Below, in pieces: positions 16,036-24,000 of a stretch of 24,000 nt of DNA. Numbering within the stretch: position 1 is the first letter of the stretch; each line of letters opens with the position of its first letter. The stretch comes from Bifidobacterium moukalabense DSM 27321 (GTDB lineage Bacteria > Actinomycetota > Actinomycetes > Actinomycetales > Bifidobacteriaceae), in assembly GCF_000522505.1 (NCBI RefSeq), contig NZ_AZMV01000001.1, positions 440,905-464,904 on the forward strand, given 5' to 3'. The notes under the pieces were generated by a model, which ran no database searches, had not been told where the DNA came from, and saw nothing but the letters and a program-made list of their open reading frames with translations. The translations under genes were made by a program, and so were the position numbers.

Positions 16036-16935
16036 ATGGTGGAACCAATTATACAAGAAGTCGAAGTCAAAACCGTCCTTACCAAGTCTAACCTTCCGGT
16101 GAGCGACTATTCGGTCAATCCCTATGTGGGATGCACCCATGCATGCAAGTACTGTTATGCCAGTTTTATGAAGCGCTTTACCAACCACCCGGAGGAATGG
16201 GGTGCCTTTCTCGACATAAAGTATTGGCCGGAAATCAAGCACCCGGAGAGATACCGCGGAAAGGAACTATTCCTCAGCTCGGTTACAGACCCCTATAATC
16301 CGCAGGAAGAAACATACCGACGCACGCGCTCCCTCCTGGAGCAACTGCAGGGCAGCGGCATTAAGCTGAGCATTCAGACAAAATCCGATCTTGTGTTGCG
16401 GGATATTGATTTGATTGAAACGTTCCCCGATGCACGAGTGGGCTTTTCCATCAATACGCTGGATGAAAGCTTTAAGGACGACATGGATCAGGCTGTCAGC
16501 ATCGAACGAAGGATTGCCGCGATGAAGAAGCTACATGATGCGGGCATCCGCACCACTTGCTTTATTTCGCCCATCTTCCCTGGCATCACAGACTGTGAGG
16601 CAATCATTGACCGTGTAAAGGATCAGTGCAATCTGGTGTGGCTGGAGAATCTCAATCTCCGTGGAAGCTATAAGGGCGTGATTATGCGGTACATCAGAGA
16701 AAAGCATCCGGAGCTCACCCCGCTGTATGAAGAGATTTACACCCATGGCAGCAGGCTCTATTGGGAAATGCTCGATGCAGAAATGAGAGCATACGCCGAA
16801 CGCGTCGATCTTCCTTATGTCCGAAATGATGACGGTATGCAGAGGCCGTTTGAAGCGCCGCCGGTCATCGTCAACTTTTTCTACCATGAGGAGATCAGAA
16901 AATCATCCCGTCCGCAAGCAAAGGGTCATGCCTGA
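16036..16935 (+). CDS. Radical SAM protein, SPL/SplB-like (COG1533 'DNA repair photolyase' family)
   Basis: The CxxxCxxC cluster motif sits in NPYVGCTHACKYCYASFMKRF, and the overall length (about 300 aa) fits the COG1533/Rv2578c-like family. A GAGAGG element lies 9 nt upstream of the ATG at 16036; the track uses the GTG at 16030. Confidence 0.8.
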   Translation: MVEPIIQEVEVKTVLTKSNLPVSDYSVNPYVGCTHACKYCYASFMKRFTNHPEEWGAFLDIKYWPEIKHPERYRGKELFLSSVTDPYNPQEETYRRTRSLLEQLQGSGIKLSIQTKSDLVLRDIDLIETFPDARVGFSINTLDESFKDDMDQAVSIERRIAAMKKLHDAGIRTTCFISPIFPGITDCEAIIDRVKDQCNLVWLENLNLRGSYKGVIMRYIREKHPELTPLYEEIYTHGSRLYWEMLDAEMRAYAERVDLPYVRNDDGMQRPFEAPPVIVNFFYHEEIRKSSRPQAKGHA

Positions 16936-17230
16936 GCTGCCGGAAGTTGAAACGATACGGAGAATAATAGAGCCGCAAGTCACCGGTCGGATGCTGGACG
17001 CTCGAAAATGCCGCCATCGTTTCGCGTGTCCATCCGGGAATTCCTCCGTCGTCCATGGCGCGCCTGTGGCGTGGAACCGATGTCGAGTCTACCAAAACGT
17101 TGCCGTTCCCGAACCGTTGATGTTGGCTATTTGGCTTACAATGGTTTGGCGGCGTTACCGCCGACGAAAACAAGATGATTGCCGATTGTGGGCCAGAAGC
17201 CCAGATCGGCGATGCAAAGATAAAAACGCA
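16928..17230 (+). pseudogene. Decayed Fpg/Nei-family DNA glycosylase remnant (N-terminal domain only, with several frameshifts and deletions)
   Basis: The ATG at 16928 overlaps the radical-SAM stop (ATGCCTGA). The product starts MPELPEVETIRRIIEPQVTGR, the invariant Fpg/Nei N-terminus with catalytic Pro2 and Glu3. Weak continuation appears in shifted frames (LENAAIVSRVHPGIPPSSMARLWRG; VDVGYLAYNGL; CGPEA). No H2TH or zinc-finger part is present, and the end coordinate is approximate. Confidence 0.5.
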
Positions 17231-17362
17231 ACGCATGCAGAGATGTGTGCCAGAGCCGGTAGGTAGCCCGGCCGTCACGGGGAAAGAGCATCCGTGGTAA
17301 GTAACCTGCCCCTCCGGGTTGTCCGTTCTTTGTCCATCCATCAAATTCGAGGAGGGATTGTC

Positions 17363-17779
17363 ATGGACAGGGCAATTGGAAGACTGACGGTGTATTTCGA
17401 GGAACCGTTCTGGGTGGGCGTGTTCGAAAGGATTGAAAAGGACCGGCTATCTGTGGCGAAAGTGACCTTTGGCGCGGAGCCCAAAGATTATGAGTTGCAT
17501 GAATTCGTGTTGAAGCATTTCTACGATTTGCGATTCAGTCCGGCGGTGCGGACCGTGACCAAGGAGACGAAAAGGAATCCGAAAAAAGCGCGGCGTGATG
17601 CGAGGAAACAGATGAAGGACACTGGCATCGGCACGAAATCGCAGCAGGCGCTGAAGTTACGGCATGAGATAGACAAGCGGACCCGGAAGACGGAGGGCAG
17701 GGAACGGAGGCGGGAGGAGGAAGAGCGTCTGTTCCTGTTGAAGCAACAGAAGAAGAGGGAGAAGCGCAAAGGACATTGA
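17363..17779 (+). CDS. YjdF-family protein (DUF2992)
   Basis: A GGAGGG Shine-Dalgarno (17351-17356) precedes the ATG at 17363. The product MDRAIGRLTVYFEEPFWVGVFERIEKDRLSVAKVTFGAEPKDYELHEFVLKHFYDLRFSP, followed by a K/R/E-rich tail, matches my recollection of the conserved DUF2992 N-terminus. No search was run. Confidence 0.7.
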   Translation: MDRAIGRLTVYFEEPFWVGVFERIEKDRLSVAKVTFGAEPKDYELHEFVLKHFYDLRFSPAVRTVTKETKRNPKKARRDARKQMKDTGIGTKSQQALKLRHEIDKRTRKTEGRERRREEEERLFLLKQQKKREKRKGH

Positions 17780-18137
17780 AATCCATTGGGCCGCGGCTTC
17801 CATGTAAGGATGCGCCCCGAGTTTTCCGGTGCTTTCTGGCGTTCCAATGCCCGATGAGCGCCAACTGGTTTTTGGACGACTGGAACGACACAATCCTTAA
17901 ATATTGCACCAATGCAACATGCAACACTTAGTGAATCCGATTGGGCCCGTCGGAACGCGTCGTGGCGCATCCTGGAAACGGAGGTTTCCGGAGTAAAGGG
18001 CTGGCTAGCCGCCATGTCTATGGATGAGGTTCTGTGTGATTTCCGTACCTCGTTCCCGACACTCCGGCGGAAAGTGTTCCAAAACCCGTCCCATAATCAA
18101 TGTTCCAAAACTCCATGCTTGAGATGGATAGTGGTAT

Positions 18138-18278
18138 ATGGCGAGCATGATTTACGGATACGCGAGGGTCAGCACCGGCGACCAGACCACCGACCTGCGG
18201 CAGGACGCGCTCGTGAAGGCGGGCCGCGACCGGATTTTCACCGACGTGGCGACCGACACTATGTGTGAAGGCCGGTGA
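18138..18278 (+). pseudogene. Truncated serine recombinase (resolvase/invertase) N-terminal fragment
   Basis: The 46-codon ORF reads MASMIYGYARVSTGDQTTDLRQDALVKAGRDRIFTDVATDTMCEGR*. It contains the catalytic-serine motif YARVST.DQ and the AL..AG...IF.D block. Similarity is lost after about 35 aa, and I could not find a continuation in any frame. Confidence 0.6.
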
Positions 18279-18554
18279 ATTCCGCTCATTGCGCTTGAAT
18301 ACTGTCGGAACGGTCGTCCGTTCCACGAACGATTGTGGTGTCGGCCTGTTTTCCGAATCCTTGCTCGGACGAACTCTGCCGTTGTCGGAAGACGGCAATA
18401 TGAGGGAACGCCGCTCCCTGAAATATCGGAGAACATAACGATTGGAATATGTTTGCACCGGTATGGGCGCATACGCCTGCCTTTGGAATCAGGAACCGGA
18501 TTCGTCGAGTGGGCCGTTCGGTTCGTCCGGACAGTGATGATCGGTGGTTTTCCT

Positions 18555-18911
18555 TCAGAGCAGGCTGAACAGCAGGGCGGCCATCGCCACGATGTACAGG
18601 ACGAATAAGATCCGAATGAGCGTCGTCGTCGACCCTCTGCCCGAGGGACGGCAAGCGATGGCGAGCAACACGATTGAGACGGCAACCAATGCGATTGCGA
18701 TCCACCACAGCACCATGGCGAATCGCGACGTCCCGTGAAGCCGACCGGCGACGAACAGTACCGTGGAAAGCGCCATCAGCATGCCGTTGAGCCTGACCGA
18801 GATATCCGATGTATGTTCATGGCGGACGAATGCCAGGTATGCCGAAATCATCACCGCTAGGATAATTCCTATCATACCGGCCCAAGATAGTATCTGATGA
18901 ATGGTATCCAT
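18555..18911 (-). CDS. Hypothetical 4-TM membrane protein (118 aa)
   Basis: ORF 18555..18911(-) has four clear hydrophobic segments (e.g. MIGIILAVMISAYLAF and WWIAIALVAVSIVLLAIA). No family was recognised. Confidence 0.5.
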   Translation of the reverse strand: MDTIHQILSWAGMIGIILAVMISAYLAFVRHEHTSDISVRLNGMLMALSTVLFVAGRLHGTSRFAMVLWWIAIALVAVSIVLLAIACRPSGRGSTTTLIRILFVLYIVAMAALLFSLL

Positions 18912-19225
18912 GACTACCGCCTTTCACCGTTTTGCATAATCGAGAAAACGGGATCCACTGGGATCTTCTTGTGTTTAATTGTATATAAAACGATGAGCGA
19001 TACCCCCTCTGATGCATGCCTCCTGACCCTGCAGACAAGATTCCGTCCCATCGCTGTATACGAGACGACGACGGTGCCAAACATATCGCCGGATAATGGG
19101 CCGCCGCTCCAGCAACACTTGCGGCCGCAGGACTTACCGGACCTGTGGCCGCAGCTTTCATTGCTTCGGGCTGTGCTGGAGGAGTGGAGGCACTAGTCAC
19201 TATGATGTCATGCTAAGGAGTTGAT

Positions 19226-19555
19226 ATGGGTCGCATACATGAACTGGTCCGCAGGGTCGGCGAGGCGAACCGCAAGCCGGTCGGGAACTCGTCGTTCAAC
19301 GGGCACGGCCTGAGCGCGATGCTTACGGTCATCTATGGGAGCGGGATGGTGTTCCAGTCCATCCGTGAAAAGGACCTCGTCATGCTGGCGGCGTCATTGC
19401 TGGTGGCATTCGCGATCCTCCTAGCCTTGGAATACGGCCTGTACCGCGTCACGGACCCCGCCCTGACAAGAGCCGGCCGCGGGCGTGTCTCCTGCGTGCT
19501 GCTGGCACTCGCCCTCATCATGCTCGTCGTCTTGATCTGCCTCGTCCTGCATTGA
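19226..19555 (+). CDS. Hypothetical membrane protein (109 aa, 2-3 TM)
   Basis: An AAGGAG Shine-Dalgarno lies 5 nt upstream of the ATG. Hydrophobic segments include LVMLAASLLVAFAILLALEYGLY and VSCVLLALALIMLVVLICLVL. No family was recognised. Confidence 0.45.
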   Translation: MGRIHELVRRVGEANRKPVGNSSFNGHGLSAMLTVIYGSGMVFQSIREKDLVMLAASLLVAFAILLALEYGLYRVTDPALTRAGRGRVSCVLLALALIMLVVLICLVLH

Positions 19556-19671
19556 AAACCGTTGTGGGATGCCTCGTCGAGGGCGTTCCGCAACAAATCC
19601 GCAATCGATGATTCCATGAAAGGCTTCCACCTTGCCCTGTCGCAGGGTCATGGGCTCGGCATGGGGAATAG

Positions 19672-19700
19672 AAAAACCGCCAACCCGGATGGGTTGGCGG
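19672..19700 (-). terminator. Rho-independent terminator downstream of the tRNA
   Basis: The minus strand reads ccgccaaccc atcc gggttggcgg ttttt, a perfect 10-bp stem with a 4-nt loop and a T5 tail, 13 nt past the tRNA 3' end. Confidence 0.65.
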
Positions 19701-19712
19701 CCTCGTACATAG

Positions 19713-19786
19713 TAGCGGGACTAGGATTTGAACCTAGGACCTCTGGGTTATGAGCCCAGCGAGCTACCGAGCTGCTCCATCCCGCG
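19713..19786 (-). tRNA. Initiator tRNA-Met (anticodon CAT)
   Basis: The minus strand reads CGCGGGATGGAGCAGCTCGGTAGCTCGCTGGGCTCATAACCCAGAGGTCCTAGGTTCAAATCCTAGTCCCGCTA and folds as a cloverleaf. The anticodon stem has the three consecutive G-C pairs (GGG/CCC) and there is a C1:U72 mismatch; both are initiator hallmarks. CCA is not encoded. Confidence 0.9.
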
Positions 19787-19967
19787 TCGGCTTGTCTTTG
19801 TGACAGCTCTACCTACTTTACGAATAGGGAAGTAAATGTCAAGTCGGCGTGTCGTATGTGGTCGATATCGCGAAACCCCTATCGAATAACGCATTATCAA
19901 TATTTCCTATACCGATAGGCCTGATGGGGGAGCGTTCCATATCCGTGCCCGCACCATAATAGGGACT

Positions 19968-21002
19968 ATGCCTATCAAGATCCCCAGCGGCCTGCCGGCC
20001 AGAGCCATCCTCGATTCGGAGCGAATCTTCGCGCTCGAAAAGCCCGAAGCGGAACGCCAGCGTGTCCGCCCGTTGAAACTGGTGATCCTGAATCTCATGC
20101 CGAAGAAGATCGAGACGGAGACGCAGCTGCTGCGCCTGATCTCGAAGAGCCCGCTGCAGGTCGAGATCGACTTCATGAAGACCTCCACGCACGAGGCCAC
20201 ACATGTGAGCGCCGACCATCTGGTGAAGTTCTACGAGACGCTCGACACCTTCAAGGACAACTATTACGACGGCTTCGTGGTGACGGGTGCGCCCGTGGAA
20301 CACCTTGACTTCGAACAGGTCGACTACTGGGACGAGTTCAGGCAGATTCTTGATTGGGCGGGCAGTCACGTCTTCTCCACCATGTATCTGTGCTGGGGTG
20401 CGATGGGCGCGCTCAACTACCGTTACGGCGTGCGCAAGGTGGACCTTTCCGAGAAGATCTTCGGCGTGTTTCCGCAGTACCTGCAGGACGAGTACTGCTT
20501 CCTGACAAATGGTTTCGATGAGATCAGCCTGCAACCGCATTCCCGTCTCGCCGGCGTGGATGAGGGCGACATCGCACGCAATCCTGATTTGCAGGTGCTC
20601 ACCTGGGGGCCGAAATCCGGTCCGGGTCTGATCGCCACGCGCGATTTCTCCGAGGTGTTCGCGCTGGGCCACTGGGAGTACGGCAAATATACGCTTCTCG
20701 AGGAATACGAGCGCGACATGAAGAAGGGGTTGACCAATGTGCCGTTCCCCGAGAACTACTTCCCGCATGACGATCCGCAGCTTGAACCGGTATTCGCCTG
20801 GCGCGCCCATGCGAATCTGCTGTGGCGCAACTGGCTGAACTGGGTCTACCAGACCACGCCATATGATTTGAGCGAGGTGCCGCAGCTGCGCGCCGAAAAA
20901 CGCCTTGGCACGGACCGCTCCATTCGCCATGAGCCGGGAAGTCCGCGCGTTGACGCATTCACGCCGTTCTCGCACGATAGCTATGGCGTGATTCAGGGTT
21001 GA
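19968..21002 (+). CDS. metA: Homoserine O-acyltransferase MetA (O-succinyl/O-acetyl)
   Basis: The 344-aa product starts MPIKIPSGLPARAILDSERIF...RPLKLVILNLMPKKIETETQLLRLI and carries GFVVTGAPVE...WDEF...YLCWGA, the MetA family signature including the catalytic Cys region. Confidence 0.9.
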   Translation: MPIKIPSGLPARAILDSERIFALEKPEAERQRVRPLKLVILNLMPKKIETETQLLRLISKSPLQVEIDFMKTSTHEATHVSADHLVKFYETLDTFKDNYYDGFVVTGAPVEHLDFEQVDYWDEFRQILDWAGSHVFSTMYLCWGAMGALNYRYGVRKVDLSEKIFGVFPQYLQDEYCFLTNGFDEISLQPHSRLAGVDEGDIARNPDLQVLTWGPKSGPGLIATRDFSEVFALGHWEYGKYTLLEEYERDMKKGLTNVPFPENYFPHDDPQLEPVFAWRAHANLLWRNWLNWVYQTTPYDLSEVPQLRAEKRLGTDRSIRHEPGSPRVDAFTPFSHDSYGVIQG

Positions 21003-21470
21003 GACGGGCCGTGCCTGGCGGCCGGCCGTGCCGTTGTGCCGGTGGCGCCGGCGACACCGTTGCCGGCGGTCGTGCGGCGGAATCGGATTTTTCCGATTGC
21101 GATACGTCTGCTAGTGTTAATTGTGATATTCCAAAGGTGGAGTAGACTTCGATAAAGCGTTTTATCATTAATGATGATTAACGACGAAACCTTGGCGCCG
21201 CCGACAGAACATGAAGCCGTGTCTAGTTAATCGCAGCTCCGTGCGAAACGCCGGAAACGTCATATGGCAGTAAGGGAGAAGGCATGTGTGGAGATGTTGT
21301 CGAGACACAGGCTAATAATCCTTTCCAGCCATTCGGAGTTGAATGTGTCGATGCGGCTCCGGTCACGTTGGCATATGCTTCGAAGGACGAACTGGTTTGG
21401 TAACCAGAACGTCACATTCGACTCGGTTGTTGGGCTAAACTGACAGCTGACACAAGAGCAGGAGGCGTGA

Positions 21471-22280
21471 ATGATTGGTGCATTGGGAGAGGGCATGCTG
21501 ACCATTGCTGATGGTCCTGAAATGCCGAGTATCAATGACTTCCTTCCCGATCCGTTCGTATTCCAGGGCACGCCGTTCGCCATCAACCGCATCATCCTGG
21601 TCCGCATCCTCGCGACCATCATCATGATGCTGGTTCTCGGCATCACGGCAAGCCGTGCAAAGCTCATCCCCGGCCGTTGGCAGGGCGCAGTCGAATGGCT
21701 GATCGAATTCGTTCGCGACAACATCGTCTATCAGGTGATGGGCGAGCTGCGCGGCAAGCGTTATGTGCCGATGATCACCACCGTGTTCTGCACGCTGCTG
21801 GTCTTCAATCTGTGCGGCATCATCCCGGGCTTCAACATCGCGGCAAGCGCATCCGTCACGTTGCCGCTGGTGTTCGCCATGTGGTGCTTCTGCCAGTACT
21901 GGATTGCCGGCATCCGTGAAAAGGGCCTTGGCCACTTCCTGAGGGACGAGATCTTCCCGAAGGGCGTGCCGGCTCCGATCTACATTCTGCTGTCCCCGAT
22001 TCAGCTGCTTGAGCTGCTGATTATCCGCCCGTTCTCGTTGACGATCCGACTGTTCGCCAACATGGTCTCGGGCCACTTGATCCTTGCGCTGTGCCTCTCG
22101 GCCACGCAATTCTTCCTCATTGATGTGGCGAACAAACTCATGATGCCGTTCGGCATCATCACGTTTGCCGCCGGCATGTTCATGTTCCTGTTCGAGGCGC
22201 TGGTCGCCTGCCTGCAGGCTTACATCTTCGCCATTCTGACCACCGCGTACATCAATATGAGCTATCCGGAGATTGACTGA
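21471..22280 (+). CDS. atpB: F0F1 ATP synthase subunit a
   Basis: A GGAGG Shine-Dalgarno lies 7 nt upstream. The multi-TM product carries the conserved LSLTIRLFANMVSGHL (essential Arg) motif. It is the first gene of the atp operon order a-c-b-delta. Confidence 0.9.
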   Translation: MIGALGEGMLTIADGPEMPSINDFLPDPFVFQGTPFAINRIILVRILATIIMMLVLGITASRAKLIPGRWQGAVEWLIEFVRDNIVYQVMGELRGKRYVPMITTVFCTLLVFNLCGIIPGFNIAASASVTLPLVFAMWCFCQYWIAGIREKGLGHFLRDEIFPKGVPAPIYILLSPIQLLELLIIRPFSLTIRLFANMVSGHLILALCLSATQFFLIDVANKLMMPFGIITFAAGMFMFLFEALVACLQAYIFAILTTAYINMSYPEID

Positions 22281-22310
22281 TCGCCGGCATTGTAAGTGTT
22301 GCTTTGCTAA

Positions 22311-22562
<252 letters not shown>

Positions 22563-22618
22563 GACTTGACCCAAGGTAACACCGAAGACGCAAACGAACA
22601 TGAAAGGAGGAAGACACT

Positions 22619-23140
22619 ATGGTGACCGCAGCTAGCGAGATGGAACTGTTCCTTCCGAAAAGCTACGACATTTTCTGGTCGTTGGTCATTCTGATCATCG
22701 TCGCCGTGTTCTTCTACAAGTTCTTCCTGCCGAAGTTCCAGGCCGTGTTCGATGAGCGCGCCGCGAAGATCGAGGGCGGCATCGCCAAGGCCGAGCAGGC
22801 CCAGAAGGATGCCGACGAAGCCAAGGCGAAGTACGAGGCCCAGCTGAGCACCGCCCGCGTCGAAGCTTCCAAGATCCGTGATGACGCACGTGCAGAGGCA
22901 TCGCACATCATAGCCGACGCCCGCTCCCGTGCCGAGAGCGACGCCGCGCAGATCACCGCCACCGCCCAGCGCTCCATCGAATCTCAGCAGCAGCAGGCGC
23001 TGGTCAGCCTGAAGGGTGAGGTCGGCGTGCTGGCGACGGCACTGGCCGGCAAGATCCTGGGCAGCAAGCTCGAGAATGATGATGTGCAGTCGTCGATGAT
23101 CGACCAGATGATCGCCGACATGGACAGCGACAAGAAGTGA
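22619..23140 (+). CDS. atpF: F0F1 ATP synthase subunit b
   Basis: An AAGGAGG Shine-Dalgarno is present. The product has a single N-terminal TM (IFWSLVILIIVAVFFY) followed by a long A/E/K-rich helix. Its position in the operon supports the call. Confidence 0.85.
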   Translation: MVTAASEMELFLPKSYDIFWSLVILIIVAVFFYKFFLPKFQAVFDERAAKIEGGIAKAEQAQKDADEAKAKYEAQLSTARVEASKIRDDARAEASHIIADARSRAESDAAQITATAQRSIESQQQQALVSLKGEVGVLATALAGKILGSKLENDDVQSSMIDQMIADMDSDKK

Positions 23141-23170
23141 TTGAAAACCTTCAAGAAAGGGAGGTGACCA

Positions 23171-23998
23171 ATGCGAGGAGAGGCATCGCGCATCGCTGAT
23201 CGCGTTTCGCGTGACTCGCTGGCCCCCAAGCTGCGTAGCTCCGGCGAGGACGCATGGCGCATCGGGAACGAACTGTTCACGATCACCAACGTGCTCGACC
23301 ACAACATCCAGCTTGAACGCGCCCTCACCGACCCGTCGCGCCCTGTCGAAGACAAGGTCGCAGTGCTGAAGACCCTGATCGGCGAACAGTCCCATCCGCT
23401 CACGATGGAGATCATGACCGACCTGGTGTCCCGCCGTTGGAGCCGCGTGTCCGATATCGCCAACGCCGTGGAGGATTTCGGCGTTGACGGCATGATGTAC
23501 TACGCGGATCACACCAATGCCACGCTGCAGGTTTCCGTAGAACTTGCCCAGCTGCATTCCGCACTGCTCAACCTGCCGGTCGTGCGATCCAAGCTCTATG
23601 ACGCAACCGTCCCTGCCGAAGCCCGCATCAAACTGCTGTACAGCCTGATCGGTGACGCGGACTTCAACCAGGTGACCAAGCGTCTGGCGGAGCATGCGAC
23701 CTGCAATCTGCGCAATCGTCGTTATCTGCAGACCATCCAGTGGCTGATCAACAAGCTCTCCCGCCATATGGGCGAGTCCATGGTCATCGTCACCACGGCG
23801 AAGCCACTGACCGATGGGCAGATCGACAAGCTCGTCGCCATCTACTCGGCCAAGACCGGCCATCCGGTGCACATCAACTCGGTGGTCGATCCGACCGTCA
23901 TGGGTGGTATGCGCATCCAGGTGGGCGACGAGGTCACCGACAATACGGTGGTCGCACAACTGCAGCATCTTCAGCGCACGGTGAAGGCAACCGCCTGA
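23171..23998 (+). CDS. atpH: F0F1 ATP synthase subunit delta (long actinobacterial form)
   Basis: A GGGAGG Shine-Dalgarno is present. The OSCP-like C-terminus reads VIVTTAKPLTDGQIDKLVAIYSAKTGHPVHINSVVDPTVMGGMRIQVGDEVTDNTV. The gene follows atpF and is complete, with its stop at 23996-23998. Confidence 0.85.
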   Translation: MRGEASRIADRVSRDSLAPKLRSSGEDAWRIGNELFTITNVLDHNIQLERALTDPSRPVEDKVAVLKTLIGEQSHPLTMEIMTDLVSRRWSRVSDIANAVEDFGVDGMMYYADHTNATLQVSVELAQLHSALLNLPVVRSKLYDATVPAEARIKLLYSLIGDADFNQVTKRLAEHATCNLRNRRYLQTIQWLINKLSRHMGESMVIVTTAKPLTDGQIDKLVAIYSAKTGHPVHINSVVDPTVMGGMRIQVGDEVTDNTVVAQLQHLQRTVKATA

Positions 23999-24000
23999 CG

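Noticed and set aside
15835-16242. 135-aa minus-strand ORF overlapping the radical-SAM gene start
   Set aside because: It has no recognisable features and overlaps the conserved CxxxCxxC region of the + strand gene.
16817-17266. 149-aa ORF read as one intact protein
   Set aside because: It is a chimera. Its first 37 codons are an out-of-frame read of the radical-SAM 3' end. Only the MPELPEVETIRRIIEPQVTGR segment is Fpg-like, and the rest is frameshifted remnant sequence.
17294-17362. Upstream start (17294) for the YjdF-family gene
   Set aside because: The family-conserved N-terminus begins right after the Met at 17363, which has a GGAGGG Shine-Dalgarno. The extension would read through the structured leader.
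13250-19712. Direct repeat of the tRNA 3' end (att site) marking the distal island boundary
   Set aside because: I looked for copies of the tRNA T-arm and acceptor segment (ggatttgaacctagg / tagcgggac) in 13.2-13.8 kb and 17.8-18.2 kb and found none by eye. The boundary therefore remains undefined.
19839-20975. 378-aa ORF antisense to metA
   Set aside because: It is a shadow ORF opposite a clear MetA sequence.

Overview
This window looks like a high-GC actinobacterial chromosome segment. The gene content and the oxc/frc pair suggest a Bifidobacterium-like organism, but that taxon call is inference only. Core genes recognised from their protein sequences are mntP, ppa, glgE, an oxalate-catabolism locus (oxc, an AEC-family permease, and divergent frc), an initiator tRNA-Met, metA, and the start of the F1Fo ATP synthase operon (atpB-atpE-atpF-atpH). 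Two visibly AT-richer accessory islands interrupt this backbone; G+C was judged by eye and not computed.

Island 1 (about 1.5-5.4 kb) carries five elements:
- a small secreted two-Cys peptide ORF
- a 6-TM HisKA_3 histidine kinase
- a LuxR/NarL response regulator
- a secreted Amidase_6-type cysteine amidase
- a small membrane-anchored protein

Island 2 (about 13.3-19.7 kb) abuts the 3' end of the initiator tRNA. It carries:
- an LRR protein
- a MarR regulator and a nitroreductase
- an SPL/COG1533-type radical-SAM enzyme whose stop overlaps the start of a decayed Fpg/Nei glycosylase
- a YjdF/DUF2992 gene with a structured leader
- a truncated serine-recombinase gene
- two small membrane proteins

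The most striking sequence-level observation is that many island genes are broken by a single-base indel inside a homopolymer run (A7, A7, A7, A6, A5, G6). In each case a 1-nt correction restores a full-length, family-typical protein, while every high-GC core gene is intact. I found no CRISPR array, rRNA or intact mobile element. The many long antisense ORFs in the track are high-GC shadow ORFs.
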